Translations under genes and position numbers: made by a program
In this document: positions 1 to 13,816 of the stretch, piece by piece
How positions within the stretch are numbered: position 1 is the stretch's first letter
How the letters are laid out: each line of letters starts with the position of its first letter
Source of the DNA: Anaeromyxobacteraceae bacterium
GTDB lineage: Bacteria > Myxococcota > Myxococcia > Myxococcales > Anaeromyxobacteraceae
Assembly (NCBI GenBank): GCA_047602405.1
Contig: JASGHJ010000002.1
Span: forward strand, 416,001 to 480,000
Direction of reading: 5' to 3'
Length of the DNA stretch: 64,000 bases
The notes under the pieces: model-generated
Told to the model about the DNA's origin: nothing
Seen by the model: only the letters and a program-made list of their open reading frames with translations
Database searches by the model: none

Positions 1-70
1 CCCGCGGCGTGCGGAGCTTCGTACCCGAGCGGAGGCTCGCCTCGACGCCGGTCCGCCGGCCGCGCCGGCC

Positions 71-1672
71 GTGAACGAGAGCGACACCCTGCGGCTCCTG
101 CACGAGCTCCAGGTCCACCAGGTGGAGCTCGAGCTGCAGAACGAGGAGCTCCGGGACACCCGCGCCGCGCTCGAGGTGTCGCTCGCGCGTCAGAAGGAGC
201 TCTTCGACTTCGCGCCGGTGGGGTACTTCGTCCTCGACGGTGCCGGCGCGATCGTGGATCTCAACTTCGCGGGGGCGAGGCTCCTCGGCGCGAACCGCGC
301 CGACGTCACGGGACGCCCCTTCGCGGAGTTCGTGGTCCCCGAGGGCCGTGAGGCCCTCGGGCGCGTGGTGACCGAGGCCGTCGCCGCCGCCGAGGACGAG
401 GGCGGCCACAGCGTCGAGCTGGTCCTCCTCGGCGCCCGGCACCGGGTCCCGGTGAAGCTCACCGTGACCTGCAGCGCCGGCAAGCGGACCCAGCTCCTCG
501 TCGCGGCGGAGGACGTGGAGGAGCGCCAGCACGCCGAGGAGGGGCTCCGGGAGGAGGTGCAGCGCCGGGACGACTTCCTCGCCACGCTCTCCCACGAGCT
601 CAGGAACCCGCTCGCTCCCATCCGGAACGGCCTGCACCTCCTGCACCTCGCCCCGCCCTCCGGCGAGCGCTCGAGGAAGGCGCTCGAGGTCATGGACCGC
701 CAGGTCCGGTACCTGACCCGGATCGTGGACGACCTCCTCGACGTGACGCGGATCGCGCGCGGGAAGGTGGTCCTCCAGCTCAAGGTGGAGGATCTCGGCG
801 AGCTCGTGCGGCGCACGCACGAGGATCACGTGCAGGCCTTCGCGGCGGGCGGCGTGGAGCTCCGCTGCACCGTGCCGCCCGAGCCCTGCTGGGCGCGGGT
901 GGACGGGACCCGCGTCGTGCAGGTGCTGGGGAACCTCCTCTCGAACGCGCTCAAGTTCACGCGCCGGGGCGGGCGGGTGGAGCTCGAGCTCCGCCGCGAG
1001 GGGGACCTCCAGCTCCTCCGCGTCAGGGATGATGGGGCCGGGATCGCGCCGGGCGTGATCGATCACCTGTTCCACCCCTTCAGCCAGGGGCCGCAGGGGC
1101 TCGCCCGCTCGGCGGGCGGGCTCGGCCTCGGCCTCGCCACGGTGCGCGGGCTCGTGGAGCTGCACCACGGTGAGGTGGGGATCTCGAGCCCGGGCCTCGG
1201 GTGCGGGACGGAGGTCGTCGTGCGGCTCCCGTCCTCGCCGGCGCCGGAGGCCTGGGGCCTCGCCCCGCGGCCGGTCCGGGGCCAGGCACACCGCGTGCTC
1301 GTCATCGACGACAACCTCGACGCGGCGACGACCCTCCGGGAGCTCCTCGAGGCCTCGGGGCACACGGTGTGGGCGGCCTTCGACGCGACGACCGGCCTCG
1401 AGGCCGCGCGGGCCTTCCAGCCCGAGGTGGTGCTGTGCGACATCGGCCTGCCGGACGCCGACGGGTACTCCGTCGCCCGCGCGCTCCGCGCCGACGGCGC
1501 GCTCCGCGGCGCGTTCCTCGTCGCGGTCTCCGGCTACGCCCGGCCGGACGACGTCCGCCGCTCGCTGGAGGCCGGCTTCGATCGCCACCTCGCGAAGCCG
1601 GCCAGCCTGGAGCGGCTCGACGCGGTCATCGCGGAGGCCCCTCGGCCTCCGGAGCCTCATCCGCTGCCTTGA
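71..1672 (+). CDS. PAS-domain hybrid sensor histidine kinase/response regulator
   Basis: PAS (LFDFAPVGYFVLD), H-box LSHELRNPL, N-box NLLSNALKFT, G-boxes DDGAGI/GGLGLGL, C-terminal receiver (VLVIDDN...VVLCDIGLP). The start codon is uncertain near the window edge. Confidence 0.9.
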   Translation: MNESDTLRLLHELQVHQVELELQNEELRDTRAALEVSLARQKELFDFAPVGYFVLDGAGAIVDLNFAGARLLGANRADVTGRPFAEFVVPEGREALGRVVTEAVAAAEDEGGHSVELVLLGARHRVPVKLTVTCSAGKRTQLLVAAEDVEERQHAEEGLREEVQRRDDFLATLSHELRNPLAPIRNGLHLLHLAPPSGERSRKALEVMDRQVRYLTRIVDDLLDVTRIARGKVVLQLKVEDLGELVRRTHEDHVQAFAAGGVELRCTVPPEPCWARVDGTRVVQVLGNLLSNALKFTRRGGRVELELRREGDLQLLRVRDDGAGIAPGVIDHLFHPFSQGPQGLARSAGGLGLGLATVRGLVELHHGEVGISSPGLGCGTEVVVRLPSSPAPEAWGLAPRPVRGQAHRVLVIDDNLDAATTLRELLEASGHTVWAAFDATTGLEAARAFQPEVVLCDIGLPDADGYSVARALRADGALRGAFLVAVSGYARPDDVRRSLEAGFDRHLAKPASLERLDAVIAEAPRPPEPHPLP

Positions 1673-2639
1673 AGCGCTCGACCGGCTCGAGCAGGAGGCG
1701 GCGGAGCAGGTCCGCCTGCCGGAGCTTCGTCCCGCTGGTCTCGGTGGCCCGCCCGTGCAGCTCCGGATCGCCGCCGTGCGCGGCGACCCGCCGGTTCAGC
1801 CGGGCGCTCTCCTCGAGCGCCCGGACGGCGGCCCAGAGCGCCCGCTCGACCTCCTCGTCCTGGGCGCCGAGGAGCGCGTCGAGCGTGAAGGCGTGGCCGA
1901 CGTGGCAGCGGAAGAGCTCGAGGCCACCCTGGCTCGCGACGGTCAGGGCCCCGTGACAGGCGGGGCACACGACGCCGGCCGCGTCGCCGGGGCGCCGCCC
2001 CTCGAGCGCCTCGACGGCGGCGGGGGCGCCCGGTCCGCGCGCCGGGGCGGGCTCCGACGCGAGCCGCTCCAGCAGGCCCGGCAGCTCGAGGGGGTGGACC
2101 ACGTGGTCCACCTCCACGCGACGCAGCACGCTCGACGGCATCTCCGTCGCCGACGCGGTCTCCGGCGCCTGCACGACCGCCACGCCGCCGCGCGCCTTCA
2201 CCGACATCATCCCGGCCGTGCCGCAATCCTGGTGGCCGGAGAGCACGACGCCCACCACGCGCGGGCCATAGGCCCACGAGGCGGTGCGGAACAGCGGATC
2301 CACCGCGGGCCGGTGCCCGTTCTCGCGCGGCCCCCGCACCACCTCGACGGTCCCGGGCCGGACGAGGAGGTGGGCGTCGGGGGGCGCCACGTAGATCTTC
2401 CCGTGCTCGAGCGCGTCCCCGTGGAGCGGGTGGACGGCGGGGAGGCGGCCGCGCGACGAGAGCAGCTCCGGAAGCGCGCTCGCGTGCATGGGAGAGGTGT
2501 GGAGGACCACGAGGACCGCGGCGGGCAGCGAGGGCGGCAGCTCGGGGACGAGGTCGAGGAGCAGCTCCACCCCGCCCGCGGAGGCGCCGATCACGATCAC
2601 GTCGTGGCCGGGGACGTCGGGGTCGGTCCGCTCAGGCAC
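1626..2639 (-). CDS. Stand-alone CheB-type methylesterase domain protein with C-terminal CxxC...CxxGH motif
   Basis: IGASAGG, VLHT, HRPAVDPLFRTA, GVVLSG motifs; no receiver domain; CPACHG...FRCHVGH tail. Confidence 0.85.
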   Translation of the reverse strand: MPERTDPDVPGHDVIVIGASAGGVELLLDLVPELPPSLPAAVLVVLHTSPMHASALPELLSSRGRLPAVHPLHGDALEHGKIYVAPPDAHLLVRPGTVEVVRGPRENGHRPAVDPLFRTASWAYGPRVVGVVLSGHQDCGTAGMMSVKARGGVAVVQAPETASATEMPSSVLRRVEVDHVVHPLELPGLLERLASEPAPARGPGAPAAVEALEGRRPGDAAGVVCPACHGALTVASQGGLELFRCHVGHAFTLDALLGAQDEEVERALWAAVRALEESARLNRRVAAHGGDPELHGRATETSGTKLRQADLLRRLLLEPVERFKAADEAPEAEGPPR

Positions 2640-3144
2640 GCGCGCCGCCGAGCAGCCGGAACCCGACCTCGGTCGCGGCCCCGTAGACGAGGTGCGAGGC
2701 GAGCGCCTTCGCGTGCGTCGACGCGGGGTACGCCGTCGGTCCCCTCGACAGGCCGAGCGCGGGCACGAGCGCCTCGTCGTTGAGGAGCCACACCGCCGCG
2801 CCGTAGGCGAGGCCCGCGACGACGAGCGGCGCGGGGATGCGCGGCGCGAGGAGCCCGAAGAGCGCGCCGAACGCGGCGCCGGTCGCGTAGTGGACGGCCT
2901 CGCCGGCGGCCCCCTTCCGCGCGTCGGGGATCGCGCGACCCACCGCGCGCGCCGCCTTCTCGGCGGTGCGGACCGTGGCGGGCTCGAGGTCGCCCTGGGC
3001 GCCCCGCTCCCGGGCGAGGGTCTCCTCGCCGCCGAGCCTCATGATCCGCGCCTGGGCCTTCTCCATGATGAAGCTCGCAACGAGCCCGCTCGCGAGCCCC
3101 GCGAGCGCACGCCCGGCCGCGCCACGTCCTCGACGTCGCCGCAT
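2632..3144 (-). CDS. DUF1440-like membrane protein
   Basis: Hydrophobic helices with VHYATG and HLVYG motifs; overlaps the start of the cheB-like gene. Confidence 0.65.
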   Translation of the reverse strand: MRRRRGRGAAGRALAGLASGLVASFIMEKAQARIMRLGGEETLARERGAQGDLEPATVRTAEKAARAVGRAIPDARKGAAGEAVHYATGAAFGALFGLLAPRIPAPLVVAGLAYGAAVWLLNDEALVPALGLSRGPTAYPASTHAKALASHLVYGAATEVGFRLLGGARA

Positions 3145-3175
3145 GGGAGCAACCTGGCCACCGGGCCCCGGCGTG

Positions 3176-4124
3176 TCAGCGGCCGGCGCGACCCCGCCCG
3201 GACAGCACCTCCCGCGCCGCGTCGGCGAACGCCGCGGCGGCGCGGGGGAGCGGGCCGCCGGAGGGCGTCACGAGCCCGACGCTCCGCTCGAACGAGAGCC
3301 CGGCGAGCGCGACGGCCGCGAGCGTGCCCGCCGCCACCTCGCGCTCGACCGAGAGCGCCGGGACGATCGACACGCCGAGCCCGAGCTCCACGAGCCGTTT
3401 CAGCACCTCGACGCTGCTCATCTCCATCGCGACCTCCGGCGTGAGGCCGAGGCGCGCGAGGTCGGCGTCGAGGAGCGCCCGGGCGCCGGTGGAGCGGTCG
3501 AGCAGGAGGAGCGGGTGGCGGGCCACGGCCGCGAGGTCCGCCCTTCGACGCCGCGCGAGCGGGTGGCCCGGCGGGCAGATGGCGACCTCCGGCTGCGGCC
3601 GGAGCGGCTCGATCGTCACGCGCTCGAGGAGCGGGCGCCCGGCTGCGCGGAGGTCGGAGGGGAGCGGCAGGGTGACGACGCCCACGTCGACGCCGCGCTC
3701 GGCGACCCGCTCCGCGGTGGCGGGGGAGGGCCGGTTGTCGAGGCGCAGCTCCACCCGCGGGTGCCGCGCGCGGAACGCGGCGATCACCGGCGGGAGCACG
3801 TAGTACGCGAGCGTGTCGCTCGTCCCCACGGTGAGCCAGCCCTCCTCGAGCTCACCCGCGCCGGTGAGGCTCGCCCGGGCCCGGGCCATCTCGTCGAGCA
3901 CGCGCTCGGCGCGCTCGAGCAGCGTCCGCCCGGCGGCGGTGAGCTCGGTCGTGCGCCCGCGGCGGACGAAGAGCGCCGCGCCGAGAATCCGCCTCGAGGC
4001 GGGCGACCGCCTGGCTGACCGCCGACTGGGTGCGCCCGAGCCGGCGGGCGGCGCGCGAGAAGCCGCGCTCCCTGGCGACGGCCACGAAGGCGAGCAGCTG
4101 GGCGCTGTCGAGGGGGTTGAGCAT
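3176..4124 (-). CDS. LysR-family transcriptional regulator (+1 frameshift at ~3986)
   Basis: HTH LDSAQLLAFVAVARERGFSRAARRLGRTQSAVSQ lies in one frame and the substrate-binding domain in another. Removing one A at 3986-3987 gives a 316-codon ORF. Confidence 0.85.
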
Positions 4125-4144
4125 TAGCGGACATGATACCGCAT

Positions 4145-4165
4145 ATGCAAAAGATGCGTTTGCAT
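4145..4165. promoter_or_regulatory. Inverted repeat ATGCAAA-N7-TTTGCAT, candidate LysR operator
   Basis: AT-rich perfect 7-bp inverted repeat between the divergent LysR gene and purL. Confidence 0.5.
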
Positions 4166-4196
4166 GATGGATGTCCGCGCGGCAGGATCCCGCGCC

Positions 4197-8144
<3,948 letters not shown>

Positions 8145-8153
8145 GCGCCGGCG

Positions 8154-8684
8154 CTACCCGCGCAAGAGCGCGAGGAGCCGGGTGGTCGTGTTCCAGTTCC
8201 GGATGGTGACGCTCGGGTAGATCGGCGTCTGGACGATTCGCACGAGCTGGCTACTCGCCGCGAGCTTCGCGACCCGCGAGAAGTAGAGCACCCCGGGCCC
8301 GGCGTGGACCTCGTCCACCCCCTCGCGCACCTTGACGTGGCGGAGCGCGGTCCGCGCGTCGAGCGGGGCCTTCAGGAACACCACGTCGCAGCGGTGCGTC
8401 GCGGCGCCGAAGCCGCGGGGCGCCGCGGCGACCACGCGCTCGAGCTCGGCCCGGCTCCGGACCACCACGCTCGCCGCGTACCCGAAGGCCTCCGAGAGGG
8501 CCCGCTCGATGCCCGGGGCGAGCGCGCGCCCGCTCCCGGTCGCGTCGAAGAGCACGTTGCCGCTCTGGATGAACGTCTCGACGCGCCCGAACCCCTGGGC
8601 CTCGAAGCAGGCCTTCAGGGCGGTCATCCGGATGAGGTTCCGCCCGCCCACGTTGATGCCGCGCAGGAGCGCCACGAAGCGCAT
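8154..8684 (-). CDS. DUF1697 domain protein
   Basis: MRFVALLRGINVGG...TFIQSGNVLF...TIRNWNT family motifs. Confidence 0.9.
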   Translation of the reverse strand: MRFVALLRGINVGGRNLIRMTALKACFEAQGFGRVETFIQSGNVLFDATGSGRALAPGIERALSEAFGYAASVVVRSRAELERVVAAAPRGFGAATHRCDVVFLKAPLDARTALRHVKVREGVDEVHAGPGVLYFSRVAKLAASSQLVRIVQTPIYPSVTIRNWNTTTRLLALLRG

Positions 8685-8692
8685 CGGTGACC

Positions 8693-9817
8693 TCAGGCGA
8701 ACGCCCGGCGCATCCGCGCGATCGCCTCGTCGAGGAGCGCGCGGGTGCAGCCGAAGTTGAGCCGCACGAAGCCGTCGAAGGCGCCCGGCGGGCCGAAGTC
8801 CTTCCCGGCCGAGAGCCCCACGCCCGCCTCGACGAGGTGGCGGTGCGGATCGGCGATCCCCGTCCCGCGCGCGTCGATCCAGGCGAGGTAGGTCGCCTCG
8901 ACGGGCGTCGTCGCGAGCGCGGGCGTCTCCCGCACGAACGCGTCGAGGCGGTCGCGGTTGCCCCTGAGGTGCTCGAGGAGCGCCGCGCGCCAGGGCCCGC
9001 CGTGCCGGTAGGCGGCCTCGCACGCGACGAGGCCGAGCACGTTCACGTAGGGCACGATCCCGTTCATCGCCTGCTTGAACCGCTTGCGCAGCCCGGTGTC
9101 CGGGATCACCGCGAAGGCGCAGCCGAGCCCGGGGACGTTGAAGGTCTTCGAGGGCGCCATGAGCGTGATGCTCCGCCGCGCCGCCTCGGGAGAGAGGGTG
9201 GCGTAGGGGACGTGCCGGCGGCCGGGCTCGAGGACGAGGCCGCAGTGGATCTCGTCGGAGCAGACGACGAGCCCGCGCCGCTCGACGAGCGCGTCGATGG
9301 CGCGGAGCTCGTCCTCGTCCCAGGCCCGCCCCACCGGGTTGTGCGGGTGGCAGAGGAGGAAGAGGCGGGTGTCCGGCGCGAGCGCCGCCTCCACCGCGGG
9401 GAGCTCCCACTCCCAGCGCGCCGGCCCGCGGCGGAGCGGCGCGGTCGCGAGGCGCGCGGGCGCGGAGAGGAAGGGCGGGTAGATCGGCGTCGCGGTGAAC
9501 GCGCCACCCTCCACGGCCCGGCACGCGACGTTGAGGCCGGAGACGAGCCCCGGGAGCCAGACCAGCCAGGTCGGGTCGACGGTCCACCGGTACTCCGTCG
9601 AGAGGTGCTCGAGCACCGCCTCCACGAGCGACGGCCAGGGCTGCGCGTAGCCGAGGACCCCCTGGGCGACCCGGCGCGCGATCGCCTCCCGGATCTCCGG
9701 GGCCACCGCGAGGTCCATGTCGGCGACCCACATCGGGAGCACGTCGCGGCCCGCCCAGCGGTTCCACTTCACGGAGTCGATGGCCGGCGCCGGGGCGGCC
9801 TCGAAGTCGAAGGGCAT
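8693..9817 (-). CDS. PatB/MalY-family PLP-dependent C-S lyase
   Basis: SVKW, LPMWVADMD, CHPHNPVG, SDEIH, APSKTFNVPG (PLP Lys), RLNFG. Confidence 0.93.
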   Translation of the reverse strand: MPFDFEAAPAPAIDSVKWNRWAGRDVLPMWVADMDLAVAPEIREAIARRVAQGVLGYAQPWPSLVEAVLEHLSTEYRWTVDPTWLVWLPGLVSGLNVACRAVEGGAFTATPIYPPFLSAPARLATAPLRRGPARWEWELPAVEAALAPDTRLFLLCHPHNPVGRAWDEDELRAIDALVERRGLVVCSDEIHCGLVLEPGRRHVPYATLSPEAARRSITLMAPSKTFNVPGLGCAFAVIPDTGLRKRFKQAMNGIVPYVNVLGLVACEAAYRHGGPWRAALLEHLRGNRDRLDAFVRETPALATTPVEATYLAWIDARGTGIADPHRHLVEAGVGLSAGKDFGPPGAFDGFVRLNFGCTRALLDEAIARMRRAFA

Positions 9818-9863
9818 GTCGGAGGGAGGCGTAGCACGGGTATGCTCCGGGCGGGAGGCACCC

Positions 9864-11228
9864 TTGAGCGACGCCCTGCGAGCCGACGCCGAGGCGATGT
9901 TCCGCGCCGCGATCGACCGGGTCGATCCCGCGCTGATGATGGAGCGCGCGCTCTCCCTGCGCGGCGACGTGCTCGAGGTCTCGACCGGGCTCGGGGCGAG
10001 CACGATCGACCTCGCCCGCTTCCGGCGCGTGGTCGTCACCGGGTTCGGGAAGGCCTCGGCCCGGATGGCCCTGGGCGTCGAGGCGGTGATGGGGGACCGG
10101 CTGGAGGGTGGGCTCGTGGTCACGAAGGCGGGCGCGGGCGAGCGCCTCCGCCGGATCCGGCTCGTCGAGGCGGGCCACCCGGTGCCGGACGAGGGCTCGG
10201 TGCGCGCCGCGGAGGCGCTGCTCGAGCTCGCGGACGGCTTCGACGACGAGACCCTGGTCCTCACCCTCGTCTCGGGCGGCGGCTCGGCGCTCCTCTGCGC
10301 GCCGGCGGTGGACGCCGCGGGGCGCGCGCTCCTCACGCTCGAGGAGAAGCAGGAGGTCACCCGCGCCCTGCTCGCGTCCGGCGCGACGATCCACGAGCTC
10401 AACTGCGTGCGCAAGCACCTCTCCCGCGTGAAGGGAGGCCGGCTCGCCCGCGCGTACGGGCAGGCGACCTCGGTCGCGCTCCTCCTCTCCGACGTGGTCG
10501 GCGACGAGCTCGACGTGATCGCGTCGGGCCCGACCGTGGCCGACCCGTCGACGTACGCGGACGCGCTCGCGGTGCTCGACCGGCGCGGCTTGCGGGGCCG
10601 GGCGCCGCGGGCCGCGGTGCGCGCGCTCGAGGAGGGGGCGGCGGGCCGGCTCGAGGAGACGCCCAAGCCCGGCGACCCCGCCCTCGCGCGGACCACCACC
10701 GTGCTCGTCGGCACGAACCACCAGGCGCTCCTCGCCGCCGAGGCGCGGGCGCGCGCGCTCGGGTACCGGACGCTCGTCCTCACCTCCCGGCTCACCGGCG
10801 AGGCGCGCGAGGCGGCGCTCGCGCTCCTCGGCATCGCCGGCGACGTCGCCGGCGCCGGGTTCCCGCTCGCGCCCCCGGCGTGCCTCATCGCGGGCGGCGA
10901 GACCACCGTGACGGTGAAGGGGACCGGGAAGGGCGGCCGGAACCAGGAGCTCGCCCTCGCCTTCCTCGCGGCCCTCCCGCGGGCGCGGCCCGCCCGGGAG
11001 GTCCTCCTCCTCGCGGCGTCCACCGACGGCGTGGACGGGCCCACCGACGCGGCGGGCGCCTTCGCGTCGCCCGCGCTCGCCGCCCGGGTGGCGGCGCTCG
11101 GGCTCGATCCCGCGGCGGCGCTCGCGGCGAACGACTCGCACCGCTTCCACGACGCGCTCGGGTCCCTGCTCCGGACGGGGCCCACGGGGACGAACGTCGC
11201 CGACGTCGCCATCGTGCTCGTGCGCTGA
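9864..11228 (+). CDS. Glycerate kinase type 2 (MOFRL family)
   Basis: GFGKAS, AGHPVPD, SGGGSAL, VRKHLSRVKGG, GGETTV, GGRNQE, TDGVDG, TGTNV. A TTG start is inferred. Confidence 0.92.
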   Translation: MSDALRADAEAMFRAAIDRVDPALMMERALSLRGDVLEVSTGLGASTIDLARFRRVVVTGFGKASARMALGVEAVMGDRLEGGLVVTKAGAGERLRRIRLVEAGHPVPDEGSVRAAEALLELADGFDDETLVLTLVSGGGSALLCAPAVDAAGRALLTLEEKQEVTRALLASGATIHELNCVRKHLSRVKGGRLARAYGQATSVALLLSDVVGDELDVIASGPTVADPSTYADALAVLDRRGLRGRAPRAAVRALEEGAAGRLEETPKPGDPALARTTTVLVGTNHQALLAAEARARALGYRTLVLTSRLTGEAREAALALLGIAGDVAGAGFPLAPPACLIAGGETTVTVKGTGKGGRNQELALAFLAALPRARPAREVLLLAASTDGVDGPTDAAGAFASPALAARVAALGLDPAAALAANDSHRFHDALGSLLRTGPTGTNVADVAIVLVR

Positions 11229-11274
11229 ACGTTCCGCTTGCGCGGGCGGCGAAGCTGCCCGATGTTGCGCGGCC

Positions 11275-12139
11275 ATGGCGAAGGCACGGAAGCGCGCGGC
11301 GAAGGGCAAGCCCTCGGGGAAGCGGTCCAGAGGAGGCAGCGCCCGCGAGGCGATCGATCTCCACCGCCTCTACGAGGCCTCGGTGCAGGACGCGCCGTCG
11401 GAGGTGGACATCCTCGAGCGGTTCCTCCGCCGCGCGGGCCGCCCCGCGCGCCGCCTGCGGGAGGACTTCAGCGGCACGGCGCTCGTCTCGGCGGAGTGGG
11501 TGCGCCGGGGCGCGGACCGCACGGCCACGGCGGTCGACCTCGAATCCCGGGGTGCACGCCTGGGCGCGGGCGCACCGGCTGCCGGAGCTCGGCGAGGCGG
11601 CCCGGCGCCTGAGGCTCGTCACCGCCGACGTCCGGCGGCCGAACGGGCGCGACTTCGACGCCATCGTCGCGCTCAACTACAGCTACTGGGTCTTCAAGAC
11701 GCGCGAGGCGATGCGGGCGTACCTGACGGCCGCGCGCCGCGCGCTCGCGCCGGGCGGCGTGCTCGTGCTCGACGTGCAGGGCGGCTGGGAGTCGCAGCAG
11801 GAGATCGTGGAGAGCCGGCGGGTCAAGAAGGGCGTCCGCTACTTCTGGGAGCACGAGAAGTTCGACCCCATCACCCACCACCTGCGCGCGGCCATCCACT
11901 TCGAGGTGCCGGGCCGCCCGCGCCTGCGCCGCGTGTTCCACTACGACTGGCGGCTCTGGACGCTGCCCGAGCTGACCGAGCTGTGCGAGGAGGCAGGGCT
12001 CGAGGACGTGGGCGTCTACTGGGACGTCGCGCCGGTCGACGACACGCGCTACGTGCTCCGCAAGCACGCGGAGAACCAGCCCGGCTGGATCGCCTACCTG
12101 GTGGCGCACCGGCCCCGCCGCGCGGCGTCCGCCCGCTGA
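11275..12139 (+). CDS. Class I SAM-dependent methyltransferase (+1 frameshift at ~11543)
   Basis: LYEASVQ, LREDFSGTA, AVDL(D), FDAIVALNYSY, PGGVLVLD, YDWRLWTLPE. Removing one A gives a 288-codon ORF. Confidence 0.8.
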
Positions 12140-12189
12140 CTTGCGGCAGGTCATATCTCCGCGGGGCGGGGCCATGCTTCACTCCCCCC

Positions 12190-13335
12190 GTGTCGATCTT
12201 CCAGTGGAACCCGCAGCTCGAGACCGGTGACGCCGAGGTCGACGGCCAGCACCGCCGGCTCATCGGGCTGATCGGCACGCTGTCGATGCTCCTCGAGGAG
12301 CAGCCCGACCTCGAGCCCGCCGCGCTGGCGCCCCTGCGCGACGAGCTCTTCGAGTACGCCCGCTACCACTTCCGGACCGAGGAGGGCCTGATGGTCGCGG
12401 GGGGCGCCGATCCCCGGCACCAGGAGGCGCATCGCCGGGAGCACCGGGAGTTCGTGGCGCAGGTCGAGGCGATGGTCGCGCACCCGGTGGGTGACCCGCT
12501 CGGCGCCGCCCGGGCCCTGCTCGCCTACCTCGTCCACTGGCTCACGTACCACATCCTCGGCACCGACCACGCCCTCGTGCGGCAGCTCGAGGCCATCGAG
12601 CGAGGGCGCTCGCCCGCGGAGGCGCTCGCCGAGGCCGAGCGGGTCGTCGATCCGGCCACCGCGACCCTCCTCGCCTCGATGCAGGCGCTGTTCGACGCGC
12701 TCATCGAGCGCAACCGGGCCCTCACCCTCCTCAACGACACCCTCGAGGCCCGGGTGCGCGAGCGCACCGAGGCCCTCACGGTGGCCAACGCCGAGCTGCG
12801 CAACATGGTGCAGCAGGTCGAGCGCCTCGCGCTCACCGACGCCCTCACGGCGCTGCCGAACCGGCGGTACGCGATGCAGGCGCTCGCCCGGGGGTGGGCC
12901 GGCGCGTCCCGCTGGGGCCGCGCGATGAGCGTGCTCCTCGTGGACGCCGACGCCTTCAAGCCCGTGAACGACGAGCACGGCCACGAGGCGGGCGACGTCG
13001 TGCTCCGCACGCTCGCGACGGCGCTCCGGAACTGCGTGCGGGGCTACGACGAGGTCTGCCGGCTCGGGGGCGACGAGTTCCTCGTGATCGCGCTCGAGAC
13101 GCCGCGCGAGGGGGCGCTCGCGCTCGGCGAGCGGTTGCGGGCCACGGCGGCCGCCCTGGAGGTGCCGGTGGGCGACCGCGGGGTGTGGCGCGGGAGCGTC
13201 AGCATCGGCGTCGCGTCTCGCGGCCCGGACGTCGCCGACGTCGAGGCCCTGCTGCGGGCCGCCGACGAGGGGGTCTACGCCGCGAAGCGGGCCGGGAAGA
13301 ACACGGTGCGCGCCGGGCAGCCGCCGGCGCCCTGA
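12190..13335 (+). CDS. Bacteriohemerythrin-GGDEF diguanylate cyclase
   Basis: Hemerythrin ligands DGQH, HFRTEE, HRREH, WLTYHILGTD; RGYD I-site and RLGGDEF. A GTG start is inferred. Confidence 0.9.
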   Translation: MSIFQWNPQLETGDAEVDGQHRRLIGLIGTLSMLLEEQPDLEPAALAPLRDELFEYARYHFRTEEGLMVAGGADPRHQEAHRREHREFVAQVEAMVAHPVGDPLGAARALLAYLVHWLTYHILGTDHALVRQLEAIERGRSPAEALAEAERVVDPATATLLASMQALFDALIERNRALTLLNDTLEARVRERTEALTVANAELRNMVQQVERLALTDALTALPNRRYAMQALARGWAGASRWGRAMSVLLVDADAFKPVNDEHGHEAGDVVLRTLATALRNCVRGYDEVCRLGGDEFLVIALETPREGALALGERLRATAAALEVPVGDRGVWRGSVSIGVASRGPDVADVEALLRAADEGVYAAKRAGKNTVRAGQPPAP

Positions 13336-13393
13336 TCGGGGGAGCGCGAACCCCGACGGTGCCCGCCGGCTCCCACCCTCCGGAGGTCACACG

Positions 13394-13771
13394 ATGAGGA
13401 AGCAGCTCTTCCAGGTGGTGGTGGTGGCGGCCGTGCTCGGCTCGGGCGCCGCCCTCGCGGACGGCCCCGCCGCGAGGCTCGTGGACGGCGCCGAGGCCCA
13501 CCGCCTCGTGAAGGAGGGCGTGAAGGTGGTGGACGTGCGGACCGCGCCGGAGTTCGCGGCCGGGCACGTGCCGGGCGCCGTCAACATCCCCTTCGACGAG
13601 ATCGAGAGGCGCGCGGCCGAGCTCGGGCCGCCCGGGACGAAGGTGCTCCTCTACTGCCGGACGGGCCGCCGCTCGGGCATCGCCGCGGAGGCCCTGAGGG
13701 CGAAGGGGTACACGAACCTCTTCGACCTGCAGGCCTACGATCGCTGGGTGGCGTCCGAGCCCGGGAAATAG
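13394..13771 (+). CDS. Exported rhodanese-like protein
   Basis: Signal peptide; VDVRTAPEFAAGHVPGA; YCRTGRRS active loop. Confidence 0.9.
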   Translation: MRKQLFQVVVVAAVLGSGAALADGPAARLVDGAEAHRLVKEGVKVVDVRTAPEFAAGHVPGAVNIPFDEIERRAAELGPPGTKVLLYCRTGRRSGIAAEALRAKGYTNLFDLQAYDRWVASEPGK

Positions 13772-13816
13772 CCCTCGGCTTCGGTGCTGGCGCACCTCAG
13801 GACGCCGAGGACGGGC

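Noticed and set aside
3176..4124. Calling the frameshifted genes pseudogenes or programmed frameshifts
   Set aside because: No other decay and no slippery sequences are seen; the motif-specific single-A duplications fit sequencing error better.
11275..13335. 686-aa ORF appearing to fuse a methyltransferase N-terminus to hemerythrin-GGDEF
   Set aside because: Created by the +1 insertion at ~11543; the middle is out-of-frame junk and two separate genes explain it.
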